From NCBI RefSeq assembly GCF_035084215.1, contig NC_090337.1:19592001-19656000 (forward strand): 64,000 nucleotides of DNA, read 5' to 3'. Both the position numbers and the translations under genes were made by a program. The notes under the pieces are model-generated. The model had not been told where the DNA came from. It saw nothing but the letters and a program-made list of their open reading frames with translations, and did not search any database. Source of the stretch: Heptranchias perlo. Taxonomy: Eukaryota. This document shows, one piece after another, positions 24,036 to 37,725 of the stretch; positions within the stretch are counted from its first letter, which is position 1; each line of letters starts with the position of its first letter.

Positions 24036-24833
24036 GATTTTGAAACCACCCCACTAGCGGAAACGGGGCGGTAGAGCCCGGAAAATGGTGGGGAATGACT
24101 TACCGCCTCGTTCCCACCGTCGCTGTGGCTGCAGCAATTGTCCCCCAGGCCTACCGCTGGGTGCTGGGAGCATTCGCCTGAGTCAAGCGGTAGGCCCATT
24201 TAAAATGCAAGCCAGGGTCCTGATGATGTAAATAGGACCCCAGTGTTGATTTTGGGAGAGTACTGGGCTGACCGTGCACTGCTCATGCTTCGCTGGAGTG
24301 TCAGCTGGCAGTTTAGCCAAGGAGGAGCTAATAGGTAAGTTTGTGGTAACTTTTGGGGATAGAAGGAGCAGGAGTGCTCCCCCGGGCTCTACAAGACCAG
24401 CCTAGGCTGCTGCTGCTCCAGTTCCCCTCCCATCCTCTTCCCACGGATCTACCTTTTCTCGGCCTGATATCGTGGCAGTCTGGAGCCGTTGAGCTTTAGA
24501 TTTCCCTCCCTAAACCTCTACGCCTCTCTACCTCTCGCTCCTCCTTTAAGACCTCTTTGACCAAGTTTTTGGTCACCTGTCCTAATATCTCTTTATGTGG
24601 CTCGGTGTCAAATTTTGTTTGTTAACACTCCTGTGAAGCGTCTTGGGAAGTTTTACTACGATAAAGGCGCTATATAAATGCAAGTTGTTATTATTTTCTG
24701 CCTGCAGCCCACCAGCTGAATGTTAATGAGGCCCCTCCAATGTACCGGGCCTCCTACCTGGACTATCGGGCAGGTGGCTGGTTCGCTCAACTGGCCAAAT
24801 GCCCAAAGTCCCCTTGGGGTGAAAATCTACCCC
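24036..24833. mobile_element. Harbinger-type MITE interrupted by an L2 3' fragment (24492-24695, +)
   Basis: Right end GAAAATCTACCCC, with the left remnant AGATTTTGA next to the SINE. An inverted related segment lies at about 22300-22492. Confidence 0.55.
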
Positions 24834-26079
24834 AAGGTTTTCCACGTCAAGGCAAGTTTTTCAGCACCACTGCTGTGGTAAACTCTGATCTGATTCCATC
24901 TGTTTTAATCACCATTCACACCTCTGGCAGACACCTCTGCTACTATTAGGAAAGGTTTTAGAATATTGACTATCAACATTAGTTTGGAGTGTTGAACATC
25001 TTATTCAGGGGGAAAAAACTTCTGCAGGATACATATTAACACGAATTGCCAGTTGTTATCGCTTAAAAACCTGACACTATTTGGGCAGCTGGCTGTGAAT
25101 AGGATATTTCAAAGGGTTGTTGGACCTTTCATTAAGGTGTTACACCATGGCAAGTCTGTTGGACTTATTACTTGGTACTGTATTGGAGTCTCCAGGGGCT
25201 TTTGAGGTCTCACCAACTGTCAGAGTTATTTTCATTAGGGATCTGTTCTTACATGTTTTACCACATCACTTGCTTAAAATAAAAGAAAACACCTAAAATG
25301 ACTCGCTTGTGTTATCTCACTTTCCTAATATTATCCTGACTGAATGACACTGGCATCTTCAAAGCAGTGGTGTCGTGCCTTGTGCACAACCAGACCAAGA
25401 AAGAAAGACTTGCATTTATATAATGCGTGATCGCATCTCGCCTGGAGGGTAAACACCGACACGGACTGCTTGGACCGAATGGCCTGTTTGCATTTTGTAA
25501 CTTCTATATATTTCTATATAAGAGGACAAATCCAGATGTTTTGCCTAGTATTGTTCCAATTACTATTGGCTGGATTGCCTGCCATTCCTGTATGCCGTGC
25601 CACCGGATTCACCTTTATGCCACATGTGTCTCTCCTCCCGCTGTATTCGGAGTACGACAGCTGCCTGACTCTGAGCAGCATCTTCCATTTAAGCACGTCC
25701 GGAGACACTAGTCTGTTCGCACAGTACTGGAGCCAGCCAGCAGTCTGCTCCACACAGCTCCATGCATGTCTTTCTCAGCCAAGTCAGTCCACCCCTCTTC
25801 CAGACCCACCTCCACCCCCAAATACACAAACATGTACAAAAAAAATTCTCATGGCATGGGGAGGGAAAGGAGTTAACATTAAGGGATTCATACAGGAACC
25901 TCTGAATATTTAATTGAAGCAGGAGAAATCTTAGAAAGGATTCTTGGTAGTTCTTAAATAAGGGCTTAAACAACTGGCCAGGTGGTCTGAATTGTCTTTG
26001 CTGAGATCTACCTCTTTACATTTCTAGTAATCAGCTCGCAGAAAATCCACTCAATGAATGGAGTTGTTGAAGTGCTGGC

Positions 26080-26390
26080 AGTTAGCTGCTGTTTTTATAT
26101 TGCGCTTTGTGCTGTTCTAATGCCACTGACTCCCAATGCTTAGGTCCTGTGCAGCCAGCAGCAACACCAAAGTAAACTTGCCAGATTTGCTAATGCCGAC
26201 AGCCAAGAAGAGCCATTAAAAGCCAGGGGAACTGGCATAGCACTAAACACATTATAATAGCAGCTAAAAAGGCTGCCTGGTCACTGGCCTTAGCGAATTT
26301 GGCAAGTTAATTTTGACATTGCCATCAATTGCGTACGCTGGAAGCTGGCAGCATTAGCAAGGCCCTGACCATTATATAAAGGGAGCTTAA
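26080..26390. mobile_element. Ancient palindromic element (MITE-like)
   Basis: Inverted arms AAACTTGCCAGATTTGCTAATGCC (~26174) / GGCCTTAGCGAATTTGGCAAGTT (~26287), with weaker outer symmetry. Confidence 0.5.
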
Positions 26391-28817
26391 AAGCAGCAAA
26401 GGAGTAGAGAAGGGTTATGCTGGTAGCATCGATCTCATTTACACACACAAACACATGCATGACTAAGTACCTATAAGACTCAATTGATTTTTGTTAGGTA
26501 AGGGTATCCAGAGATTTGGAGCTAAGACGGGTGAATGGAGTTGAGGCACCGATCAGCCGTGAACTAATTGAATGGCGGAGCAGGCTCGAGTGGCTAAATG
26601 GCCTACTCCTGTTCCAATGCTACTAATTGAGAACTAAATTTCCTTTATCCACAATTTAAATATGATGAAAGACTGAAATTCCTGGCTAGTAGTTTTGAAC
26701 AGAAAATTGGGGAAACGATATTTGCTAGCACTATGACATCACGTTCTTCGGTGATACGATGCAAGTGAATGAATGTTACTGGGGGGAGTGGGGGGGGGGT
26801 TGGGAGGGGTGAGGGGGTTGTCCCACAAAAATAGCTTGTTTCCCACAGGAAGTATTTTATTCAATGAGTGCCCTTTAAGAGTTAACAAGACGGATACCCA
26901 TAGTTTCATTGAGCTGTTGTTATGTCTGTTGCCTTAGAAACTACAGTGGAATGTTTGTCCCTTAAACCTACAGGAGAGAAGCTTTCGGCTGAGCTTCTGG
27001 GTGTGCACCAATCCATCCAATTAGCTGCTACGTGATGGGGCTCACGGGTACAATCACATCAAATGCCTGCTGGTCACTCCAGGTGACTTTCCCAGCATCG
27101 AAGAGAATTACAATTCACCAAATTATCAGCAACAAATCTCCACACAATGGGAAAACCAGCAACTTTTGCTGGTTGGGGCTCTCTTCTCAGTATATTTATA
27201 AGAAAATAAAAGTAACTCAGTCTGACAGAAAGAATATAGAAAAGCCTTTGGCTTTTCATTTAAAAAAAAACAACTTTATAGCAGAAGATAAAAACCATGC
27301 AACATTTAATAAAGGAAGTGTGATGAATAATTTGTGTTGTTTACTGTGAAGAAATAATTTTGATGTAAAATTGGAAAGTAACATGATGCCGTTCTAAAGT
27401 ACAAAGCTGTTGTTTACAAGGCACAAACTCAGTTTTTAAATGGTTAATCAAAAGCTTGCTTTAATGTTGATTTAGGGATACAAGATAACCCCTTAGGGTT
27501 TAGCCTTTGTTTAAATCTGTATTTGTCTTGATCAACAATAGTAGCCTCAGTGAGGTCATTCTTTCCCCCCATCTTTGCTGCATTTCGCCAGCTTTTCACA
27601 GACCTGCCTGTGAGGGAAACAACACTCCCTTTCTTTACATTGGGAATGGAAACACGTCGTCTTGACAGGAATTTTCCACTCAGCAGCCCCTTGCTTTCCA
27701 ACGAGGGGCCTCAACATGCAACTGCAGAGAACTCTCTTCACTACACTCCTCCCTCACTTTCATTGTACAGAAAGATAAATCTCTCTCTGGCTAATATTTT
27801 TTGGCTGACTGCAAATATATTTGACCCTTTTGTGTTCAAAAATGTATGAGGAGAATTAATAAATAAATAAATATACTGTCACCAGTTCCAAATTATTTAA
27901 CCTAATGTTCTGTGTAAACAAGGCGCGGAGAGCTGTATAAAATGAAAAAATTACCTTGGCTATCATTAAATAAAGAAATAAATGGTTTAGCACATTTAAC
28001 TTGTTGGTTTAGTGATATTGAAATAATTCCCCCTGTCTGCAAAAAGTGGTAGAGTCTCAGACAGTGAGCTCCCAGCAGGTCAGACTGGTATGTCACATTG
28101 TGTATACCAAATGACATGGGGAGGGAGGGGCGACGCAGGGGAGGAGCGGAAAAAAAAAGAAAAGATTGATGATTTGCAGGACACCTAGGGTAATTCTTTC
28201 AAAGTGCATTACTTCCACTCTCAGCTAGGAACAAGAGCGAGGAGAAAAAGTCTTCAGTGGAGACTGACAGCTTCAGGCTGATCAAAGGCATTTAGCATTG
28301 AATGCATCCAGATTATTTAGCTATTTAGGTTCTTTTTAAAGGGCAGTGGTACTGTCCATTCTGGTGCAGAGAAGAGTGAAGGGATTAAAGATCAAAAAAA
28401 AATAAAAAGGAGAAAAGCTCTCCTCGCCTTTTAAAAAGTGATGTTTATAAAAGGCCTGCTAGGCACCGGAAGGACAAAGAGAAGTAAAGGGTCATTTTTA
28501 ATGGCAGTGATCTGCTTCCTAATTACCCAAAGTCTCTGATGATAAATTGTTCCAACGGCACCTTTTCTTTTGAAATAGCCCCACCCCCAGGAAACTTTTG
28601 TTATCTGCCTTTAGATCCATTGACCCAAGGTTTAGTGAGGTTTTTGTGCGCTGCTGTAGGCCTTCATTACCGTCTTGTACATTCAGCTATCTCATCTAAG
28701 CGCTGCTGCATTCCAGGGGCTGCCGATGACTTTACTCTGTGCTTGACGTGTGTAAAAAAAATGTCAAAGATTGAGATACAACCAGGTCAATCTTTAGAAA
28801 ACATAACAGCCTCTAGG

Positions 28818-29500
28818 AGAAACGTGTATTTTTATATAGCGCCTTTCCCTTTCACATTTTCAATGCATCTCAAAACATTTTACAGCTAATAAATTATCTT
28901 TGAAGTGTAGTCACTGTTCTTTCAGAGACAAATGTGGCAGCCAATTTGCACACAGGATACGGTCCCACAAATCGAAATCAGGTGAATAACCACTTGTGGA
29001 AATACATAGAAGTTACAACATGAAAACAGGCCCAACCAGTCCATGTCAGCATTTACCCTCCATGTGACCAAATAGTTTGATTCACATTTAGCCTCCCTGT
29101 TCCAGTATCTCTTCTTCCTTCATCCACCTATCAATATAATTTTGAATGTTGACATGATTTCTGCCTCAACCCTGGAAGTGAATTCTATAGACTCACAGGC
29201 CCCTGTGCAAAGAAGTTTCTCTTGCTCTCTTTTTTAATTCTCTTACATTTAATCTTGTATTTATTCCCCTCATTCTACATCCCTCAACTACTGCAAACAG
29301 TCTGCGTCTATCTACCCTGTCCCACCCTTTCATAATTTTAAACATTTCTATGTTATCAAACAACTTGTTTTTGGTGGCGGTGGTTCAGGCATAAATGTTG
29401 GTCAGGACACCAGGAGAACGCCACTACTTTTAACTTGGGGCTTGAACCCACAGCTTTCTAACTCAGGGCACATGTATTACCACAGAGCCATGGCTGATAC
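28818..29500 (-). mobile_element. Deu-SINE interrupted by a CR1 3' fragment (29005-29355, -)
   Basis: SINE tail and core at 28818-28995, head with B box at 29360-29500, and CR1 tail/UTR in between. Confidence 0.7.
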
Positions 29501-30621
29501 TTTAAGTTGGTGTTTTAGCCAATGCAAACCCATTTTTCTTCGTCTTATAGAGAAGAAATTGAGGTCTGGACTGCTGTGAAAGAACTTACTTTGCAACGCT
29601 GGGCCTGCACCTCTTGCAGACACAGGTCCTCCCCTGCCCATTCGGAAATCCCTGGAAATCCTGAGGCAACATAAATGGCGGAGACCCGATGTAAACAGGA
29701 CTTTACCCCCCCTTATCACTTCATAGTGCCTGGGAAATGAGTGTTCCCCATGCATTAGAGAAGTGAATATCAGGGAAGTGCTGTCAATTGCTATTTGATA
29801 ATGCTTAAAATTATTCACACCAACTATATCAGTAACCACAATGTCTACAATCAACCCTTATAGGAAACCATCTATCAGTGTCCGTTTTAAGGAAACTAGA
29901 AAAACAGGCAATAAATACTTGCCGATGGGAAGAGACACCAGGAAAGCCTCAAGTTTCTCTATAGTTACAGGCTGACATGTATGTTTGATACCCAAAGGTG
30001 CTGCCAAGATTCCCATTTGGAGAAAAAATGCAAGAAACTGTGGTTCTGCAGGTGACTGGTGATAATAGTATAAAATGTAATTCCATTACAGCTCATAGCA
30101 GTAATGGCAATATCCTGCTATAGTAGTTTTCCTGTACCATTTCTTCTGTTCCTATTTTATGTAAAAGTGTCCTGCTTACCTGTTCTCTGATTTCAAGTTT
30201 TCTTCCAGAATATTTTCAGCAATTGTGTTGTATTGAAGTTTCACAAGTTGCTCAGCATGATTGGCTGCCTGCCCGGAAATTTCCTAAAAAATCTCATTGA
30301 GCAGCAGCTGCCTAATACTACGGTACTGTAATAATGCAGAATAATACAGTAGTAGGTATGTGGAACAGATCCTGTAGAAGTAGGTAATGCTTTGCCGATT
30401 TTTTTCTATCTATTGTAAGTCAATCTATCTATTCTAACTCTTATTTCTCTAAAAAAAGAATTAATGGAAAAACATTTCTCATACCTTTTTTTCCTTCCTT
30501 CTAGATCTCAACTTCCAAATTGTTGTTGGGAGCAACTTCCAAATTATTGGAATGTGACCATTTTTAGAAAAAGGAAAAGATAACTTCACCCAGCTAGCCC
30601 ATATCTTCTTATTAAATCAAT

Positions 30622-30863
30622 GGGGGTGATTTTAACCCCCAAGAATGGGCAGGTTGGGGGCGGGTGGGAGTTGAAAATAGTTGTTTTTTGGGTCGCGACC
30701 GCAACCCGGCTTTATTTCCGGGTTTAACTTGGGCGAGTAAAAGTCCAGGCTTTCCACTGGGAATGCAAAGTCTGAAAATTTTGCAGCTGGGACCCAAAAA
30801 AAAACTATTTTCAACTCCCACCCGCCCCCAACCCACCTGTTCTTGGAGGTTAAAATCACCCCC
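30622..30863. mobile_element. Young hairpin MITE, Harbinger/Tourist-type
   Basis: ~73-bp near-perfect TIRs starting GGGGGTGATTTTAACC, with 3-bp TSD AAT (30619-30621, 30864-30866). Confidence 0.92.
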
Positions 30864-32706
30864 AATATCTCTGAGTGAGCAAGTGGTCTTCAGCTGGCTG
30901 AGAACTTGCAGCCAAAGTCTTTCCAGCCAGTCAAGTAGCATAGCTATATATAAAGGCTGAGAAAGGTTACTTTAAATTTCTTTTGTCCTGATGCTAGGTT
31001 GTTTTGTGCTCAAAAAGGTTGTCCAGCTATGATTTGCTGGTGTTTTATGTAAAGTATGATGTCTGGAATGTGAGGGGAAAGACATATTTATTTTTCTACC
31101 TGTGATGGTTGAGCAAAACATTGTTTATGTCCTCAATTCTTTTTTCACTTTAATACATGAGCAATGACATCAGAGGGCTACTATACACACATGCAAGGTG
31201 TCTATCAGATAAAGAGATTTCTGCTGATTTTTCTGATCTTGACACAACCTGATTTCTCTCCAAGGAGCAGAGTCAAACAGTTGCCAATCTAGAGAAATGT
31301 CTAACGTAAACAGCAGTTAGTCTGTATTTGACATCAGGATTTGTCTATTTAGACCACTTCCCCACAGGGGATAGTTGAACAATGGCCTTAAGGGGAAAGA
31401 CGAGATTAGCAGCTAAGTATGACAGATGTGGTCCACATCCCAGACTACCTGTGAGCAATGCCATGAGAAATCAGCTAGTATATATTATATATAAAAATAA
31501 CAGATCCATGGGAGTGATTTTAACACAACAATTTCATTTTAGGCTTTAGTCTGAAAGTTTATTATGCCATATGAAACTGCGGGTGCTACCTGGTAATTAG
31601 TCTCAGATATCATTATTTTCCAATTGAATGGTTGGTGACACCCTGTACTGGCGTCACTGAATAAAAACAACACTTTCTTAGAGTAGGGATGGAATTGTGC
31701 TCCATATGTGTGTCACTACCAACCCAAATAACACAGATAAAATGTAGCCCGGATAGAGGCAATGAGGTGAAACTCAACAAACTCCATCCATGTTCGAGGA
31801 AATGTTCCGACTTTTGTGTCTGGTTTCAATTGGCTCTTCACTGTTGTGTTTACAGCTTCTCCTGTTAGTTTTTACTGAGAACCATAATTAACAACGCTTT
31901 CAGCTGTCATAAGAAGGGGGGGGGGAACTCATGAAGATTAAAATAGGTTTTGATGTGGGTTGATGCATCACTACCAACACAGCATCCTTACTCAGTGAGC
32001 ATTACTGTTTCCCTAAAGAGTTGGAGCATCTCCAAACCCACTTCAAGCCCCACCTCCTACATGGTAAGAATCTGTCTGGAACCTACATTTCTTATATCTG
32101 AATAGAATCACTTTCCAAATGGAATTTTCAGATCACATCCCAGTGCCATCGCTTGCCAACAAATGGAGCATAGGATTGGTTTAAAAACAAAAAGAGTGAT
32201 GATTTGTGTCAAATGTCTCCACATAATTCTAGTTCTTAGTGAGTTGAGCTTCCGTCTTAAAGTGTTACATTTAGTTGAATGTTGTAATTAAATCTTCAGT
32301 GGAGAGAAGTGTAACAAGATAAGCTGGGCTTTCACTGCCCCCATCTGGAGTGTAGCAGGTCCACAAAGGAGCAGTGCATACTCTAGGTGGACGTTTGCAG
32401 TGCTGGCTGTCAATTGTACCTAGCTGGTGACGATTCTTTCTAATGGCTACAGTTGTCTACATTGCTGCGGTATGATGGAGGCCAGTGTGCAAACATGGGA
32501 AAGCCCCACTGTCACATTTCAAGTTTTTTAAACCATTTTTCCACAGAAAGGATTTGGAAATGATCTACATCTAAATGTTGTGTTTTAAGTTAAAGTGGGT
32601 TCACACAAATTTATAATTCTCTTTATATCCACAACCTGCAGCCTCTGAATCAAAGGAGAGTTTACGTGTTAAGGAGCTAGGCATTGAAGATGTGTTTATA
32701 CAACAA

Positions 32707-32772
32707 ATGTAAGGGATCTTACAACACCAGGTTATAGTCCAACAATTTTATTTTAAACATTTATATTAAACA
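32707..32772 (-). mobile_element. Truncated copy of hammerhead-bearing Penelope-like repeat family A (ribozyme part lost)
   Basis: Matches 62159-62210. 12-bp direct repeat TTTATACAACAA at 32695-32706 and 32773-32784. Confidence 0.85.
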
Positions 32773-33474
32773 TTTATACAACAACTGGGGGCAATAGTTA
32801 ATTTGTGTTCTCATCTCAGGCTTCCTTGAACATTCAACCTACCATTGTTGGGATGACTTATTGATTTGAGGCAAGCTTGGGGTGTCTGCTGAACATATGT
32901 GCTTGTCAGAGGAAGGTAGCTGCTTTTATTGACAGGTGCATTAGTGAATCACTGAATGGGGAAGAAGTTGAAGGGACAGTTCATCCATTTTCTGTGGTGA
33001 TAAGTAACAAAAAGAAGAGAAAAAACAATGTTCAAGGTCAGTCGGTCTAGTAAGGCCTGAGAAGGGAGCCCAGCTTAGTGAGGGAAAACCCACTCAGCTT
33101 AAACTCAGGGCTGGCCGCAATCAGAAGGCTTACCAGGCGATGTTAAGTTAGCCCGATAACATGGGATAGTGTGGTGTGGAGTATTGTTTGTTATTATTCA
33201 TGTCCTCGGAACGTCTCAAAATGAAGTGAAGTAAATCAGCTTTGATTATAACTGTTATTTCGTACTTTCATTTGCTGTCTGCAAAATAAAGTAGCATAAA
33301 GATTCATATCTGGCTGTCATATGATTAAATATTGGGTAGTATGGGCAGACTTCTGAACATAAGATGTAGGGACCGCTTACAGCAATGACCAATACAGTTG
33401 AACCCGAGAGAATATCTAATACAAACTGGAAATTTGTAACAGTAGCACACAGACCCAGGTCCCAAAGAAATATA

Positions 33475-35730
33475 AAAAAACAACAACTTGCATGTAAAAT
33501 AAGAAGAAAATCTGCGATTGTTGTAAATCTGAAATAAAACAGAAAATGCTGGGAATATATAATAGGTTAGCATCTATAAAGAGAAAAGGCATGTTATGCC
33601 ATTTAAAATTTGTAACCCTTCTTCATAACTGTCATTTATACAACTTCTTTAACATAGAAAATATTGCAAAGCACTTCATAGGAAAGAAACATATGTCAAG
33701 CAATGGTTAAGTGAGATGGCCAACAGTATGCTGAAAAGATACATGTTTTGGAAACTTTAACAGGTGGGAGAGAAGTACCAAGAGGGAAGGTTCATGGGAT
33801 GTGGGCGTCGCTGGCGAGGCCGACATTTATTGCCCATCCCTAATTGCCCTTGAGAAGGTAGTGGTAAGCCGCCTTCTTGAACCGCTGCAGTCTGTGTGGT
33901 GAAGGTTCTCCCACAGTGCTGTTAGGATGGGAGTTCCAGGATTTTGACCCAGCGATGATGAAGGAACGTCGATATATTTCCAAGTCGGGATGGTGTGTGA
34001 CTTGGAGGGGAACGTGCAGGTGGTGTCGTTTCCATGTGCCTGCTGCTCTTGTCCTTCTAGGTGGTAGAGGTCGCGGGTTTGGGAGGTGCTGTCAAAGAAG
34101 CCTTGGCGTGTTGCTGCAGTGTATCCTGTGGATGGTACACACTGCAGCCACTGTGCGCCGGTGGTGAAGGGAGTGAATGTTTAGGGTGGTGGATGGGGTG
34201 CCAATCAAGCGGGCTACTTTGTCCTGGATGGTGTTGAGCTTCTTGAGTGTTGTTGGAGCTGCACTCATCCAAGCAAGTGGAGAGTATTCCATCACACTCC
34301 TGACTTGTGCCTTGTAGATGGTGGAAAGGCTTTGGGGAGTCAGGAGGTGAGTCACTTGCCGCAGAACACCCAGCCTCTGACCTGCTCTTGTAGCCACAGT
34401 ATTTATATAGCTAGTCCAGTTAAGTTTCTGGTCAATGGTGACCCCCAGGATGTTGATGGTGGGGGATTCGGCGATGGTAATGCCATTGAATGTCAAGGGG
34501 AGGTGGTTAGACTCTGTCTTGTTGGAGATGGTCATTACCTGGCACTTGTCTGGTGCGAATGTTAGTTGCCACTTATGAGCCCAAGCCTGGATGTTGTCCA
34601 GGTCTTGCTACATGCGGGCTCGGACTGCTTCATTATTTGAGGGGTTGCGAATGGAACTGAACACTGTGCAATTATCAGCGAACATCCCCATTTCTGACCT
34701 TATGATGGAGGGAAGGTCATTGATGAAGCTGCTGAAGATGGTTGGGCCTAGGACACTGCCCTGAGGAACTCCTGCAACAATGCCCTGGGGCCGGGATGTT
34801 TGGCCTCCAACAACCACTACCATCTTCCTTTGTGCTAGGTATGACTCCAGCCACTGGAGAGTTTTCCCCCTGATTCCCATGGACTTCAATTTTAATCGGG
34901 CTCCTTGGTGCCACACTCGGTCAAATGCTGCCTTGATGTCAAGGGCAGTCACTCTCACCTCACCTCTGGAATTCAGCTCTTTTGTCCATGTTTGGACCAA
35001 GGCCGTGATGAGGTCTGGAGCCGAGTGGTCCTGGCGGAACCCAAACTGAGCATTGGTGAGCAGGTTATTGGTGAGTAAGTGCTGCTTGATAGCACTGTTG
35101 ACGACACCTTCCATCACTCTGCTGATGATTGAGAGTAGACTGATGGGGCGGTAATTGTCCGGATTGGATTTGCCCTGCTTTTTGTGGACAGGACATACCT
35201 GGGCAATTTTCCACATTGTCGGGTAGATGCCAGTGTTGTAGCTGTACTGGAACAGCTTGCTAGAGGCCCGGCTAGTTCTGGAGCACAAATCTTCAGCACT
35301 ACAGCCGGGATGTTGTCGGGGCCCATAGCCTTTGCTGTATCTAATGCACTCAGCCGTTTCTTGATATCACGTGGAGTAAATCGAATTGGCTGAAGACTGG
35401 CTTCTGTGATGGTGGGGATATCGGGAAGAGGCTGAGATGGATCATCCACTCGGCACTTCTGGCTGAAGATGGTTGCAAAATGGGCTTGGCCTTGAAGTTT
35501 GTGGAGGCAGAGAGTTGTGAGGAAATGAAGAGAATTGTAATTGAGGATGAGGCTTTTGAACTTGATGCTTTGGGAACAGGGAGCCAATGGAGGTCAATGA
35601 GAATGAGGGTGGATTTTGGATGAATTGGAAGTTTTTTAGGATGGGGCTTGGGTGGCTAGTGAGGAGGACATTGGAGAAATCAAGATTGGAGGTAATGAAA
35701 GTGTGAATAAGAGTGGCAGTAGGGGTTTTG
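33475..35730 (-). mobile_element. L2 fragment interrupted by a degenerate family-B repeat (33500-33631) and a LINE (33791-35480)
   Basis: L2 tail CAACAACTTGCAT at 33481. L2 body resumes at about 35490 (IKFKSLILNYNSLH). Confidence 0.6.
33791..35480 (-). mobile_element. LINE 3' 1.7 kb (RT domain), same family as 3339-4464
   Basis: NYRPISLLS, QFGFRQDHS, LDIKAAFDRVWH, GVPQGSVLGP, FADN. Highly similar to 3339-4464. Confidence 0.93.
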
Positions 35731-36984
35731 GGCCCTAATACAGACCTGGTGGTTGTGGTCCAGGGCTATCCAGTGATCAGTGTTATGAGGCTAAAGGGCA
35801 AGTGGTATGGTTGGTGAAGAGGCCTGATACCAGTCTGGTATTTTGGGGGTCTGTGGCTACCCAGTGATCAATGGTTGCCAGACAGACAGTGGTCTGGGGA
35901 TGCCAGATGCTTGGTGGTTCTTGGGCAGCATGGCAAGTGATGGTCCTGGACTTTGGGTCACCTGTATGGTTAACATAAAACACCTTGAGAATCTCAACAG
36001 CTTGTAAGACAGCATTAGCATAGGCAAACATAATGTTGGAATGTCTATGGAAAGTAAATCGAAGGAAGTAATATTGACATTCTCTAAAGCGCTAGTGAGC
36101 CCACATGTGGAGTATTGTGTCTAGCTGTGGTCATGCTTTATAAAAGTTAGGTCAAATGTCTCTTTTTGATTTGCAATTTCTGACAGCTTATTATTCTTGT
36201 AGTCTCTTTCTATATAATTAAAAGTCCTTTAGGGAGCTTTCACACATTACAAGCGTGGTCGTCAGTGATATTTCTATTCTGGGTTGTCAATCACACTTAA
36301 CAGATGATGATTCTTTCTAATGGCCACGGTTTCTTTAGCTGTAGATGTGGTATCACAGCCCTGCAAGTCACTCCAAACTAAACAACAGGTAACGACCGAC
36401 TGCACAATGAGTTGGTTGTCAGATTGGCTCTGTTTTTGACTATAGTAGTCTGGGAGTGAGTACTTTTTATGTGACTGAGGTCAAGCAGGGTTGGATGGAT
36501 GTCTTGACATAACTTTGCTTGCCCCCTCAGCTTCCCTCCAATCTCTAAATAGCTGTATTACACCGGGTAGTACATAGACTACCTTGAGATGCAGGAATGA
36601 CAGTAACATATTCATTCTGATCTCATTTATTTCACTGCTGTAAGTTATTCACAGTTGAATGTTGTGAGTCCCAGGATTTTTTTATTAAGTTGTTAATGCA
36701 GGAAGTGTTTAGGAGAGTTATGTATAATTCTGTGCAAAACTATTGGCTACCGTTGGCTACTCAGCTTCTCTCTGAAGAACCTTGTTCTCAAAAGCTTTGT
36801 GTATAAATGCAGATCAAATAGATTTTTTTCTTTTTTAAATATATGGTAAATAATTGGCACCAATGGCAATGTTGAAGGCTTAGTCAAAATTATTCAGTGA
36901 AAAGTTTAGAGACCTGGGCATAGAGATCTTGTTAACAGCATCAAAATATGTAGTGAACATTTTGGGCAGGGGGCATTCTGACAA

Positions 36985-37725
36985 ACTAAATGAATACTTC
37001 GCATCTGTCTTTATCAGGAAGAAGATGCTGCCAAAGTCACAGTAAAAGAGGAGACACTGGATGGACTAAAAATTGATAAGGAGGAGGTACTAGAAAGGCT
37101 GGCTGTACTTAAAGTAGATAAGTCACCCGGTCCAAATGGGATGTATCTAAGATTGCTGAGGGAAATAAGGGTGGAAATTGCAGATGTGCTGGCCATAATC
37201 TTCCAATCCTCCTTAGATAGGTGGGAAGTGCCAGAGGACTAGAGAATTGCAAATGTTACACCCTTGTCCAAAAAATGGTGTAAGGATAAACTTGGTAACT
37301 ACAGGCCAGTCAGTTTAACCTCAGTGGTGGGGAAGCTTCTGGAAACGATAATCCAGGACAAAATTAATAGTCACTTGGATAAGTGTGGATTAATAAAGGA
37401 AAGCCAGCGCAGATTTGTTAAAGGCAAATCTTGTTTAACTAACTTGATTGAATTTTTTGATGAGGTAACAGAGAGGGCTGATGAGGGCAATATGGTTGAT
37501 GTGTATATCGACTTTCGTTTGATAAAGTGCCACATGATAGGCTTGTCAGCAAAATTGAAGTCCATAGAAAAAAAGGGGCAGTGGCAGCATGGATATGAAA
37601 TTGGCTAAGTGACAGGAAGCAGGGGAATGGGACTAACTGGATTGCTCTTACAAGTTGCCAGCATGGGCTCGATGGGCCGAACGGCCTCCTTTTGTGTTGT
37701 AATCATTCTGCGATTCTATGATTCT
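36985..37725 (+). mobile_element. CR1 fragment with an internal deletion
   Basis: NYRPVSLTSVVGKLLE..KSCLTNLIEFFDEVT, joined at about 37620 directly to the 3' UTR and (TTCTATGA)n. Confidence 0.88.

Noticed and set aside
25470-25913. 147-aa ORF
   Set aside because: It begins in a CR1 tail, has no recognisable domain or clear splice sites, and overlaps ORFs on both strands.
29590-29660. Minus-strand exon with a GTAAGT donor
   Set aside because: It lies in MITE-like sequence, and these MITEs carry internal GTAAGT motifs.
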